64,000 nucleotides of DNA from Candidatus Ozemobacteraceae bacterium (GTDB lineage: Bacteria; Muiribacteriota; Ozemobacteria; Ozemobacterales; Ozemobacteraceae), in the NCBI GenBank assembly GCA_965140445.1, contig OZ223236.1, forward strand, positions 1,344,001 through 1,408,000, read 5' to 3'. Below the pieces are notes generated by a model. That model did no database searches and was not told the origin of the DNA. It was given only the letters and a program-made list of their open reading frames with translations. Made by a program: the position numbers and the translations under genes. Positions 1 to 10,162 of this stretch are shown one piece after another (the stretch's first letter is position 1; each line of letters opens with the position of its first letter).

Positions 1-335
1 GCGGGAGATAGGCCTCCGAACTGTGAAAGAATAGCACCTTTCTGTGACTCAAGCTCTGAAAGTTGCTTTTTTAAATCGTTTTGGCTCGCGAGAAGCTTTG
101 GGTCGTCAGGTTGATTTTTAAGCTCTTCCAGGCGCGAATACCATTCCTCAGAAGATAGGCCCAGGGGAAGTTTGAAAAAACCCATACGATCAAAATCGAA
201 TCTTGCCATTTCAGGATGAAGGCTTACTAATAAGCCAGCATCAGCAACTGCTATAGAGCCTGCATGAGCTGAGGATGTAAAACAAAGGACTATTGCCAAT
301 ACTAGTTTGAAAAGAGTTTGTAATGAAATTTTCAA
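1..335 (-). CDS. Secreted coiled-coil protein, OmpH/Skp-like (3' end runs off the window)
   Basis: My translation from TTG at 335, overlapping the upstream TGA: MKISLQTLFKLVLAIVLCFTSSAHA-GSIAVADAGLLVSLHPEMARFDF...; signal peptide, Skp-like first strand with HP motif, then coiled coil; open to position 1. Confidence 0.6.
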   Translation of the reverse strand, partial: MKISLQTLFKLVLAIVLCFTSSAHAGSIAVADAGLLVSLHPEMARFDFDRMGFFKLPLGLSSEEWYSRLEELKNQPDDPKLLASQNDLKKQLSELESQKGAILSQFGGLSP

Positions 336-994
336 TTGGAGTCTCCTGGGAACAATACCGGAATGTCAGTAGCTTTAAACATGAGGCTTATCGAATGGGC
401 CTGTTTAAGATATTGCTTTAAATCCGATTCCGAAATATTTGATTCAAGCACCATTTTTCGTAAGGGATTTTTATCAATTTTTACAGGAGGAGATGAGAAT
501 CTCGGGAGCTTGTTGATGACTACTTTAGAGCTGCTGTTTGCATAAGGTTTTAGTTGATCCCTCAAGATGCTTCGCACGATAGGGAGGATCGCTGTGACGG
601 CGGTAAATCCGTTGTTTTTTAATGATTCCCTGAGAGATTCTTCCTGTAATGAAAGGGAAGATATCTTTGCTTCCAGGTCTTTTAGCAAGCTCCACTTATT
701 CTCTTCATTGCCTGATGAATCGCTGGTAAGAAACTTTTTTATTACATCATCTTTGCTTGCTTTTGTCTGGTTCAAACGAGAACTGACAGATGCAAGTTGT
801 TTGTTTAAATCTTCGACTTTTTTTATTTCTGAATTTGTATTTCTAAATCGATTAGTTGAAGGATCAAAGTTTTTCATCATTGGATGTTTTTTTATTAATC
901 GTTCAAAATCAAGCCACTTTATCTCTTGAGAAAAAGCGAAATTGCTTGAAAAAAAGACAAAAAAACTTAACAGGGTAAAAAATTTTTTACACAC
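332..994 (-). CDS. Secreted coiled-coil protein, OmpH/Skp-like
   Basis: Signal peptide (AFS-Q), IKWLDFERLIKKHPMMKNFD motif, long heptad region. Confidence 0.5.
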   Translation of the reverse strand: MCKKFFTLLSFFVFFSSNFAFSQEIKWLDFERLIKKHPMMKNFDPSTNRFRNTNSEIKKVEDLNKQLASVSSRLNQTKASKDDVIKKFLTSDSSGNEENKWSLLKDLEAKISSLSLQEESLRESLKNNGFTAVTAILPIVRSILRDQLKPYANSSSKVVINKLPRFSSPPVKIDKNPLRKMVLESNISESDLKQYLKQAHSISLMFKATDIPVLFPGDSN

Positions 995-997
995 AAT

Positions 998-1729
998 TCA
1001 CTCCGGAAGATTTGGAAAATCATTTGAATATGGGTCTACTTTTAAATCAGGCCTTCTGAAAAGCTTTTTTTCTGCCAGAAGTTTTTCAACAAAAGGGTGA
1101 TCTTCATAAATGCTTTTCCTTTGTCCGGCAAATGGAAATATTGAAAAAGACAGGATTTTTCCAGGAACAGGAATTTGAAAAAAGATTAATGAAAACCATG
1201 CCTGGCCATTTATTTCCTGGGCCCAGGGAGAGAGCTTAGATGGTAAAACACCTCTAATTCTGTTTTGCTGTAGAAAAACCAATTGATGGCAATTATAAAA
1301 TGAGTTTTTGTCAGAAAAAAGCGCAACTTTTAGAAAATTCTTTTCTGACCCCAAAATGAGCGGTGGTTTGTCGCTATCTAAAAGGGTTCTAGCAATGGAT
1401 AGAACGGAATCTTTTGCCTGTATTGGAATCCAGGTATAGTTTTTAGCATTGCTCTCCAACAGGGGAATAAGCGATATCAATACTGATGTGAGAATATTAT
1501 GGTTGGTTTGCCATAAAACCTTATCAATTAAATCTGGTGAAATTTTCTCAGATGCTATGTCAATTTCAGACAAAGGAACAATTGGCGCTGATAATGGAAT
1601 TTTAAGATAAAAAAACAGTTTCCAGTCATGCAAAGCTAGACTGCATGCCGAAACTTGAACTTTGGATGTGAAAACAAGTATTAAAATTACAGCAATTGTT
1701 TTGGCGCAATTTTGGACGAAACTTTTCAT
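998..1729 (-). CDS. Hypothetical exported protein
   Basis: 243-aa ORF with N-terminal hydrophobic signal; 3 nt from the next gene. Confidence 0.6.
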   Translation of the reverse strand: MKSFVQNCAKTIAVILILVFTSKVQVSACSLALHDWKLFFYLKIPLSAPIVPLSEIDIASEKISPDLIDKVLWQTNHNILTSVLISLIPLLESNAKNYTWIPIQAKDSVLSIARTLLDSDKPPLILGSEKNFLKVALFSDKNSFYNCHQLVFLQQNRIRGVLPSKLSPWAQEINGQAWFSLIFFQIPVPGKILSFSIFPFAGQRKSIYEDHPFVEKLLAEKKLFRRPDLKVDPYSNDFPNLPE

Positions 1730-1780
1730 AACTATACGTTAACATAGTGACCCAAAGCCAACAACCTTGCTAAATCTTTT

Positions 1781-4159
1781 TTAACGTTCAATTCTGATTT
1801 GTATTTCTGTGGCTGGAATTCCGTTGGCAATGGCTGTAATCCGGTGTTCACCTACTGCCATCGGCCAATACGCTTCGTATGGTGGTGGGGTGGAAAGATA
1901 CTCTTTTCCATCAATCAACCAGGTAATTTCGTCTACTGGCGAATCTGGAATTGCTCTTAATCTCACAAAATTTTCATGCGCTGAGGACATAACAAATTGG
2001 TCATTATTTGCCGGGGAGCTAATTCTAATGGAACCTGCGGATAAGGTTTCGTGGTCTGGTCCCTTTAAAACAAGCAGTTTTGAACTGGGTGATGCTGTTG
2101 GTGTAGCTTGAGTGGAATCCTCTGATACGCCTTTCAGAGAATATGGGTCAGAAAGCTTCAGGTTATTTTCCAGCGCAAAAGGATCGCTTTCTATTTTGGT
2201 TTTTCTCTTTTGAACCCATCTTGCATATTCAGCAGGAAGGTTGTGGGCTCCACTGGTGACGGAGTGAAATTTGCAGGAAGGTATTTCCTGAGTCTGGGGG
2301 GAGACAAAATCTTCTCCAGAATGCTTGCACCAAGGTCCTGGGGTTTGCCCGGATATGCTACATGTTTTTATTTTTTTTACGTTTTCCGGTTTATAGAAGC
2401 CAAAGCCTTGAGTGTTTCCTTCGAGATTTACCAATATTTGCTTAAGCATTGGTCCGCAAGCACTGGAGCCAGAAAGATTTCTGGTTCCTTCACCATCAAA
2501 ATTCCCTGCCCATAATCCGACTATATAATTCTGGGTAAATCCTACAATCCAGCAGTCTCTATAATTGGTGCTGGTTCCTGTTTTTAATGCTACCGGGAAA
2601 TCAAACTTGAAAAAATCAGGATTCCCAAAGGTTAGTAGACGTGCTGACGGGTCAGATAAAATGTCACAAATAATAAAGGAAGTTTCTGGTGAAATTAGCT
2701 GTCTGGATTCTTTTTTTTCATTTTCTTTAAAGCGTAGATTTATTAGCTTTCCTGAGTTAATGAATATGCCATAGGCTTTGACCAGATCTAGCATTGAAAT
2801 TTCCGGGTTTCCAATTGCCAGTCCCAGGCCAAAATAGTTTGCTGCATTTTTTGAAAACTTTAGGATTTCGCAGTCATTTAGAAATCCAAAAAATTCAGGA
2901 ATCCCAATGATATTAAGCATTTTGACTGCGGAAATATTTAAGGAATTTCCAAGAGCGCTTCTGATTGTGACAGGCCCATAAGACTTTCTGTCAGCATTAT
3001 ATGGAAGATAGTCGCCTTGAGGAGTTTTGAAAATTCTCATGGTGTCGGGAATCACAAAAGATGGATAGTAACCTTGTTCTAGAGCCAGGGCATACAAGAA
3101 AGGTTTGAGTATAGAACCCCCTGAGCGTTTTGCTGTCACACCATTGTTGTATCCTGATGAAATTGGCCCATACTCAATCGAACCCGCAAGAGCTCGAATT
3201 TTCATGGTAGAAGCCTCAATAATTATTCCGCAGGCTTGAGTTGCACCATAGCTAAACAGTCTTTGTTTATGTGCTTTTAAAGTTTGAGTCAGTAGTTCCT
3301 GGGTTTCGGAATCAATTGTTGTTACCACCGGCTTATTTGGATTCCCGTAATTGGCGGCCATAAGATCGCAAAAATGTGGTGCCCGAAATGGTTTAGCCTT
3401 CATCCAATTTGGAACAATTTGTTTGATGCTGTCTTCTAACTGTCTTTGGTCTATAAATCCAAGTTTGCGCATTTCTCTCAAAATCCAGTTTCGCCTTTTA
3501 GATAATCGCTTATTGGTTTTTTTTCGAAATGGTGATAACCCAGCGGGAGACTGTGGTAGTGCTGCTATAGTAGCGGCTTCGGCTGGCGACAATGTGTCAG
3601 GAGATTTTTTAAAAAGTAATCTCGCTGCCAGGTTTGCTCCTCTTATGTTTTTAAAAGTCGGAATGATGTTTAGGTAAAGTTCAAGAATCTCTTTTTTTGA
3701 CAGGCTTTGTTCAAGTTTGACGGCCATTAGTATTTCAGAGATTTTAGTTGATAATATCCTCGGGCGCGGATAGACAATCCTGATTACCTGCTGAGTTATT
3801 GTTGACGCTCCGGATACAACCCTGAAGTTACTCAGGTTTTGCCAGGCTGCTCTTAAAATTGCGAAGAAATCGAATCCGGAGTGGGAGTAAAAATTTCGGT
3901 CTTCGGCGGTTAAAATTGCTTGTTGAATCAAATTAGAATAGCTGGCTAGTGGTATTGAATAGCGAAAATCCCCCCTGTCATCTGCAAACAATCGCATTGG
4001 TTCTGTTTTATTATCCAGCAATGCGCCACCTGTTGAGGTAAAGCTCGAAACATATTTCATTGGATCTTCAACAAATTCATCCAAAATATAGCTGAATGAG
4101 AAAATAGAAATAATAAGAAGCACGGTTGAAGCTAATAAAAGCTTTTTTACTCCACTCAT
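1781..4159 (-). CDS. pbpC: Penicillin-binding protein 1C
   Basis: Transglycosylase motifs EDRNFYSH and GASTITQQ; transpeptidase SILK (SxxK), SLN, KTGT; C-terminal beta domain; adjacent to alpha-2-macroglobulin. Confidence 0.93.
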   Translation of the reverse strand: MSGVKKLLLASTVLLIISIFSFSYILDEFVEDPMKYVSSFTSTGGALLDNKTEPMRLFADDRGDFRYSIPLASYSNLIQQAILTAEDRNFYSHSGFDFFAILRAAWQNLSNFRVVSGASTITQQVIRIVYPRPRILSTKISEILMAVKLEQSLSKKEILELYLNIIPTFKNIRGANLAARLLFKKSPDTLSPAEAATIAALPQSPAGLSPFRKKTNKRLSKRRNWILREMRKLGFIDQRQLEDSIKQIVPNWMKAKPFRAPHFCDLMAANYGNPNKPVVTTIDSETQELLTQTLKAHKQRLFSYGATQACGIIIEASTMKIRALAGSIEYGPISSGYNNGVTAKRSGGSILKPFLYALALEQGYYPSFVIPDTMRIFKTPQGDYLPYNADRKSYGPVTIRSALGNSLNISAVKMLNIIGIPEFFGFLNDCEILKFSKNAANYFGLGLAIGNPEISMLDLVKAYGIFINSGKLINLRFKENEKKESRQLISPETSFIICDILSDPSARLLTFGNPDFFKFDFPVALKTGTSTNYRDCWIVGFTQNYIVGLWAGNFDGEGTRNLSGSSACGPMLKQILVNLEGNTQGFGFYKPENVKKIKTCSISGQTPGPWCKHSGEDFVSPQTQEIPSCKFHSVTSGAHNLPAEYARWVQKRKTKIESDPFALENNLKLSDPYSLKGVSEDSTQATPTASPSSKLLVLKGPDHETLSAGSIRISSPANNDQFVMSSAHENFVRLRAIPDSPVDEITWLIDGKEYLSTPPPYEAYWPMAVGEHRITAIANGIPATEIQIRIER

Positions 4160-4273
4160 TATTATTGCCTCGCAATGAAATTAGATGACTATGATACAGC
4201 TTTTCAAAAATAAATTAAGAAAAGCTATGAAAAAACTTTTCATTTACCAGAAAGATGACTTTATAAAAAATAG

Positions 4274-4310
4274 AAAAAGGCTGAGCCAGAGTGTTCTCTG
4301 ACTCAGCCTT
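4274..4310 (-). terminator. Intrinsic terminator after the alpha-2-macroglobulin gene
   Basis: Minus strand AAGGCTGAGTCAGAG-aaca-CTCTGGCTCAGCCTT followed by TTT. Confidence 0.8.
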
Positions 4311-4329
4311 AAATAGCAAATTGCTGTGA

Positions 4330-7300
4330 TTATTTTTCCTTAATTGTAATTATTTTTCCAGTTGTCATTCCAAAGTAGTCGGGTTGATACATCAAGGACA
4401 CAAGACTTGGTTTCATTTTAAAGGTTCCTTCGCAGATTGCTCTTGCAAAATAGGTGTATCTAAATCTTCCAGACCAGATTCTATCTTTGAAAATCAACAC
4501 TTTATCATTGTGAATTTCACTATGATCAGGATATAGGGTGTAAGCACCATTTTCCCAGCTGCAATAAGATTCTTCATCATCTGTTTTGCCATATTTGCTG
4601 GTATCTTCAGATTTTAGAGCTGGATTTATAGCAATGAAACCAGCAGGAATAGGGTCTTCGATTGCAAGATAATGATAGCGAGAGTATGAACCGTTTTTAT
4701 GGATTGAATCTTCTATCTCTAGTGTGATCTTGAGTAGATCGCCGATTTTGATCTCTTTATCGCCGTTGAGATTTTCAACTGTTTTTTCTATATAAAAACC
4801 GCTTTCGATGTTTTCACTTCTGGAAGCAAGGTCTGGGAAACCATATTCCAGCGAATAGTTGAGCAATGTTTTGTTTGAGGCTGTTAATTTTATAGAACCT
4901 GCTTTGAGAAGCTTTTCCGGGTCTACATCAATAGAGAGGCCATTCTTGCCTGTGCTAAGTTGCTTAACTTCATCTCCAATGGTTAATTCAATGTTGGTTT
5001 CTTTATTTTCATCAACATCATATTTGGCGAAATATGCTGATAATGCAAACAAAGCCATTCCTGTATCAGAAGTGGAATTACATCTTCCTTTGTCTTTGAT
5101 TGAACTCATTAGGGCTCCGGCTAGTTCATCTGCCAGTTTTTTACTTCCGTTTCCCGAAATTACAGCGGCCAGTGAAATGGCTGTAGCACGGTCTGAAGAT
5201 TCATACCAGCCTTTAAAAACATACTTGGAAGGCACTTTTAGTTTATTTATTTCAGCCAGTAATTTTGGATTTTTGTTCCCAATAGCTAAGGTTGCGGCCC
5301 ATAGCATCATTGGTTGCAACTCAATGGAGTCATTTTTATACTTTTTGCCCACGGCAACCAGATCCTGAGTGGTCAATTTACCGTTAATTGCAAGGTTTAC
5401 CAGCCCGAGTGCAGAAATTCCATGTCTGTAGCTTTCGTCGCTTTTTGACTTGAAGAAACCATTCCTGATATAGGTTAATGCCTTATCAAGTCTGGATTGT
5501 TCTATCTCCACTCCAGCTTTTCTGGCAAGGCTAAGAGCAAAAACTGCGTATTGGGTTCCCCACCAGCTTGGGTATGTTCCACCCATCCAATAAGAAAATC
5601 CACCGGAGTATGTTTGCATTCTATAAAGCCTTGATAAGCCAGCTTCAATGAATTTGTCCACTTCCTGAATGTCAAAGCCTGGAAGTTTTCCATTTTGAAT
5701 AAGAGTTCTGAGAGCGGCAAGCGGAATAATTCCAGAGCTGGTTTGTTCTACGCAACCATATGGGTATCTCAAAAGATAATTCAAAGATGGAGTGATTTTG
5801 CTCCATGAATTTGAACTTATGGTAAGTCTTGCTTTCAGAGTTTCTTCGAGTTCGTTTGCTTTAGCGGTTTTTAAATCATCTGGAAAGTCTGGTTTTAATT
5901 CAGTATTCTGCGAAAAGCTTCCAGACAAATGTCGGGTTAATATTGTGTGGGAAGGGTTTATTTGAATCTCTTTTTTTATCGCATCTTTAAACTCTTCAAA
6001 TTCTCCGCTGAATAGCATAGAAGCTAATCCAGCTCCATCTTCTGCGGACATGTTAATGTGCGCAATTCCATTTGTGAAAGGCTCCAACTCCAGTTGAGTT
6101 TCTTCTGGTTTTAGATTGACCTTGCTGGTTTCTACAATCTGGAATTTTCCAGTATTTTTTCTATTGGTTTTGTTGCATAAAGAAAGTTTGAATCTTGCTT
6201 CATCTCCAGAAGTGAGGAATCTTGGAAGCGCTGGTTCCAGGTAAAATTCTTTGCTAACTACCAATTTTCGTTGATTTGAGGCAAAAGCTGCTTTCTTATT
6301 TATTGCTACAACATAAAATCTATATGCTGTTGTGCTGTCCGGGAGCGTGAAATTAATTTCTGCCTTGCCGTTTTTGTCAGATAAAAGAGAAGGGTTCCAA
6401 TAGGCAACAGGCCTGAAATCTTTTCGAATATCCATATCGGCAGACAGGTCTCCGGAACCTAATCCACCACCAGTTAATCCACGGGTGGAGATAAGTCTGT
6501 ATAATTCCTGACTGATAATTGAAGTTCTCAAGTCACCTGAAAAGACGCTTAGCGGTAGAAGGAAATCAACTATCTTGTCCAGAATGGGAGTGTTAAAGCC
6601 TGTTAAAGACAGAATTGCTTCATCAACGACACATACTGCCATTTCGCATTCTGCAGGGGCGTTGTTACTTAAGTTTACTTTTATTGTATAGCTTTTGTTC
6701 TCTCCTGGACGAGCTTTGAGGTCTCCAGTTGTTTCAGGAGCAATAGAGATCTGTAGCTTTTCCAAAGTGTTTTGAACCTTAATATTGCTGACCGCAAAGT
6801 AGGTTCTTGGATATTCGCTATCCATCTGGCTATTGTAAATAGGAAATCCTCCACGCATTCCTGGAGCGGTGAAGGTCACATAGACATTTGGCAAACAATT
6901 CTCATCAATTTTTTCAGTAAAATAACCTTGAGGACTATCAAGTTTTTGAACCCTTGCGCTAATTATTCCACCAAGTTCTTTGGTAATAAGGCCATATTTT
7001 GCTGGTTTTGGAAGGCTGAAGCGAAATTTTACGGTATCTCCTGTTGCTGCCGTAGCCTTGTCTGCAATCAGTATTATTTCATTTTCACTTCTAGTTCGCC
7101 TTCGGCCATCAAGATCGTTGTAAGATTCATAATAGTAGCCAACGTCAAAACTATAGGCTGTTTTATAGTTTACCCCATCTTTTTGATACTCAGCTTGAAC
7201 CATGTATTGGCCGCCTTCGGCCAGTAGAAGATCAAAGTTGGCCACCCCATCCATTATTTTCTGGGATGCTGTCTGGGTTCTCATCCATCCGCTTGTCCAA

Positions 7301-9912
7301 CTGTAATAGATCCCTCCGTCAGAATCCCTTTTTTGTGTGTAAAACCATTTTTGTCGGAGAATATTTAGTTTAATGTCTCCGCGATTAATTTTATTGCCTT
7401 GTTTATCAAGGGCGATTACCTGAATTGGAAATTCCTCGCCTTGTGTAAGGGTTCCTGGTAGCTCAGATATTCCAAGCTTAACTTCTGACTCAGGATTGTA
7501 GCTTTGTAAGCCTGTAGATGGTCGCCCATCAACATCGAGAACAGTTGCGCTTACCTCAATGCTATTCATTCCACTTAAAATTGAATCGGAGATTGGAAAT
7601 GCCAAAGTCAGTTCTCCATCTTTGTTAAGAACTGAATTGCCTGATTCAATAAGGTTTTTTTCAGAATCATTGCTACCAAACTTGAATTGGGGATAATTTT
7701 TAACGTTAACTGAGTTTCCAACAAGGTAAGCTGTCCATTGCACTTTTCCGTGTCTTACTGGCCCACCGGTGTAGTAGAGACCTTTTACTTTGCATTCAAG
7801 GTATTTCTGCTCAGTGGTCTTGCCGACAATGCTTTTTACAGTGTGGATTCCCTGCTTCATCTCAAGCTCAACATAGTGTCTTGGTGGCTCAAAATCTTGA
7901 ACTTCAAAACCTGTCTGTGCAACACTTTTATAGGTTTTTGATGAATCAGGTGCCTGTTTAGTTTTTTTACTGGTTTTTTTGGCGGGTTTTGGGCTTCTAT
8001 TTAATAGATAGTCCCATTTTGATTCACTATCATCTTCGGTGGCAGTTTTATTGGGAATTTCAAGCTCTACATTGATTTGATATCTTCCGAGAGGGGAATA
8101 ATCTTTTAAATTTAATTCTCCAGAGCAAGTTCCAAATTCGCTTATTTTATGAATTTCAGAATATATTTTTTCGTCCTTGGAATCGTGAATGGTGACTCTT
8201 GCAGATTGATTTACGGGGGGGAGGATCTCATTGTTCACGTATTCACGAATAGTTGATTTCCAGAATACTTTTTCACCTTGTTTGTATACGCCTCTTTCTG
8301 TGAAAACGTGTCCCTTGGACGAAAGAGAAATACTTGAACCCGGTTCTGTCTGGCTTACTGTTGAAGGGAAAAATCTATTTGAATTAAGACTGACAAAGGA
8401 ACTGTCTTTTTCTGTCGCAACCGTTGCAACTCGCAAATCAGAAATATTGAGTTTGTTTTTACTCAATTCTGGTAATTCATTGTTCCATTTCAGGCTTGCG
8501 AATTCTTGTTGATCTTTTAAGATGATAAGACCATTTGAATCAGTTTTTCCTGGAAAAAGACTTACTCCATTTTTATCTGAAAGCATCAAAAAAGCGTTTT
8601 TTATCGGTTCGCCAGATTCAATGGAAGTTACCCAAAATAAAAGGTCTTTTCCGCTGAATTTGTAAGTTATCGAAAGGTCTGTGATTTGAAATAACCTAGA
8701 GGCTTGCTGTCCTTCTTCCACATCAATTTCGTTAACTCTTATGATTAGTGGGCCTCCGACTTCTGGTTGTGGCCTTGAATCAAGTGGGAGTGAGAAGAAA
8801 TATTCCTTGTCAGGGTTCTCAGAGCCAATGTAAGCCTCGCTGTCAGATGAGAAATCAGGCCTGGTAAAATTTTCAAAGCCTTCTGGTAGGGTAGCGTTTG
8901 AAAGCTGAGACAAGGCTTTTAACTTATTAACAGAATTGAGGAGAAGATTGTCTAGTGTGGCTGCTGCTTTTGCAACCCTTTTTCTTGCTTCATCATTGAT
9001 CCTGCGTGCATCGGAGTTGTTAGGTCTTTCTGCTTCTGCATCTGCAAAAACAGTTAGATCCTCAAAATCTTTAGCAAATATTGCTGGAGTACGCATTAAC
9101 TGACATTTAAAATTTCTTGTGTTGATGAAGCTTAAGGGTATTAATTGCTTACTTTTTAGTTCTATTACCGACCTATCTGCATCAAATCTGATTTCTGGCT
9201 TTGGTCCGGAAGCTTTAAACTTGTAGCTGGCTGGAAATAACGCGGTTTTTGTTCTAGAAAGATACGCGCCATTGATTTTGATTTCGTAACTGGTGCCGGT
9301 TTTAAAATTTCCATAAACTCTATATTGGTTTGCATTTCGATTATATACTTCGCGCACGTTTACATAGCCAATTGGGGGAAAGACTTTAACAGCTTTTCGA
9401 AGATCTGTATCTTCAACATCTTTATTGAGATAAAGATAAACACCCTTATTTGAAGTTGATTCGAAATATGGATTAAAATTCTCAACAACAACTTCTGGAC
9501 ATGTTTCGAAGGAAATTACTTCGTTTTCTGATAATTTCAATTTGCCATCCGCAGATTTCAAATTTTTACCGATTTTTAGTGTGTAACTGGCTGGTTTGTT
9601 CGACACATTGGATGGGGCAATTACAAATTCTTTTCTTTCAGATGCTTGCAAAGATTTGTCATTTTCTTTTTTTAAGAATTTGAAACTGGATTGCTTATTG
9701 TTTTCAAAAAGATTAAGTTTTTTTGAAATTTCAAGGGTCGAAACTGGAGCGTTAAACGAAATTTTCATGCTCCAATTGAAAGGCTGAGTTTTTCCTTCAA
9801 TGCTAAAGTTCGTTGTCATTAAAAGATTTTGTTCTTTAGACCAGGCGGTGGAAAAATTTGTTAAAAAAAGAAGGAATACCAAAAATATAAAAAATCTGGA
9901 TTTGTTTTGCAT
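4330..9912 (-). CDS. Bacterial alpha-2-macroglobulin (YfhM family)
   Basis: 1860 aa; FTERGVYKQGE (MG domain), VVDEAILSLTG, IRKDF, YPYGCVEQT thioester motif, IEDPIPAGF, YFARA..G.F. Confidence 0.95.
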   Translation of the reverse strand: MQNKSRFFIFLVFLLFLTNFSTAWSKEQNLLMTTNFSIEGKTQPFNWSMKISFNAPVSTLEISKKLNLFENNKQSSFKFLKKENDKSLQASERKEFVIAPSNVSNKPASYTLKIGKNLKSADGKLKLSENEVISFETCPEVVVENFNPYFESTSNKGVYLYLNKDVEDTDLRKAVKVFPPIGYVNVREVYNRNANQYRVYGNFKTGTSYEIKINGAYLSRTKTALFPASYKFKASGPKPEIRFDADRSVIELKSKQLIPLSFINTRNFKCQLMRTPAIFAKDFEDLTVFADAEAERPNNSDARRINDEARKRVAKAAATLDNLLLNSVNKLKALSQLSNATLPEGFENFTRPDFSSDSEAYIGSENPDKEYFFSLPLDSRPQPEVGGPLIIRVNEIDVEEGQQASRLFQITDLSITYKFSGKDLLFWVTSIESGEPIKNAFLMLSDKNGVSLFPGKTDSNGLIILKDQQEFASLKWNNELPELSKNKLNISDLRVATVATEKDSSFVSLNSNRFFPSTVSQTEPGSSISLSSKGHVFTERGVYKQGEKVFWKSTIREYVNNEILPPVNQSARVTIHDSKDEKIYSEIHKISEFGTCSGELNLKDYSPLGRYQINVELEIPNKTATEDDSESKWDYLLNRSPKPAKKTSKKTKQAPDSSKTYKSVAQTGFEVQDFEPPRHYVELEMKQGIHTVKSIVGKTTEQKYLECKVKGLYYTGGPVRHGKVQWTAYLVGNSVNVKNYPQFKFGSNDSEKNLIESGNSVLNKDGELTLAFPISDSILSGMNSIEVSATVLDVDGRPSTGLQSYNPESEVKLGISELPGTLTQGEEFPIQVIALDKQGNKINRGDIKLNILRQKWFYTQKRDSDGGIYYSWTSGWMRTQTASQKIMDGVANFDLLLAEGGQYMVQAEYQKDGVNYKTAYSFDVGYYYESYNDLDGRRRTRSENEIILIADKATAATGDTVKFRFSLPKPAKYGLITKELGGIISARVQKLDSPQGYFTEKIDENCLPNVYVTFTAPGMRGGFPIYNSQMDSEYPRTYFAVSNIKVQNTLEKLQISIAPETTGDLKARPGENKSYTIKVNLSNNAPAECEMAVCVVDEAILSLTGFNTPILDKIVDFLLPLSVFSGDLRTSIISQELYRLISTRGLTGGGLGSGDLSADMDIRKDFRPVAYWNPSLLSDKNGKAEINFTLPDSTTAYRFYVVAINKKAAFASNQRKLVVSKEFYLEPALPRFLTSGDEARFKLSLCNKTNRKNTGKFQIVETSKVNLKPEETQLELEPFTNGIAHINMSAEDGAGLASMLFSGEFEEFKDAIKKEIQINPSHTILTRHLSGSFSQNTELKPDFPDDLKTAKANELEETLKARLTISSNSWSKITPSLNYLLRYPYGCVEQTSSGIIPLAALRTLIQNGKLPGFDIQEVDKFIEAGLSRLYRMQTYSGGFSYWMGGTYPSWWGTQYAVFALSLARKAGVEIEQSRLDKALTYIRNGFFKSKSDESYRHGISALGLVNLAINGKLTTQDLVAVGKKYKNDSIELQPMMLWAATLAIGNKNPKLLAEINKLKVPSKYVFKGWYESSDRATAISLAAVISGNGSKKLADELAGALMSSIKDKGRCNSTSDTGMALFALSAYFAKYDVDENKETNIELTIGDEVKQLSTGKNGLSIDVDPEKLLKAGSIKLTASNKTLLNYSLEYGFPDLASRSENIESGFYIEKTVENLNGDKEIKIGDLLKITLEIEDSIHKNGSYSRYHYLAIEDPIPAGFIAINPALKSEDTSKYGKTDDEESYCSWENGAYTLYPDHSEIHNDKVLIFKDRIWSGRFRYTYFARAICEGTFKMKPSLVSLMYQPDYFGMTTGKIITIKEK

Positions 9913-9944
9913 TCTAATTTGTCTCCTCGCAAAAACGTATCTTC

Positions 9945-9974
9945 AGTTTAGCCTAGTCTGTTGTGGTTTATCAA
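9945..9974 (-). promoter_or_regulatory. Putative sigma70 promoter of the alpha-2-macroglobulin gene
   Basis: TTGATA-N18-TAAACT upstream of a GGAG SD. Confidence 0.4.
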
Positions 9975-10162
9975 GACCGATAAAGTTCTCTTGATTAGCA
10001 TCAAAAGCAATCTTTCTGTGCGTGAAATTGTTTGAGTCCAACCATCGACACCAGCTTTTAATTTTAATTAAGAACAGATAAGTTACAAAAAAATCATGAT
10101 CATTCTTGCGAGTGGAATTGTGGTAGATATAGTATAGATAAATAACAAGTGGAGGATTACTG

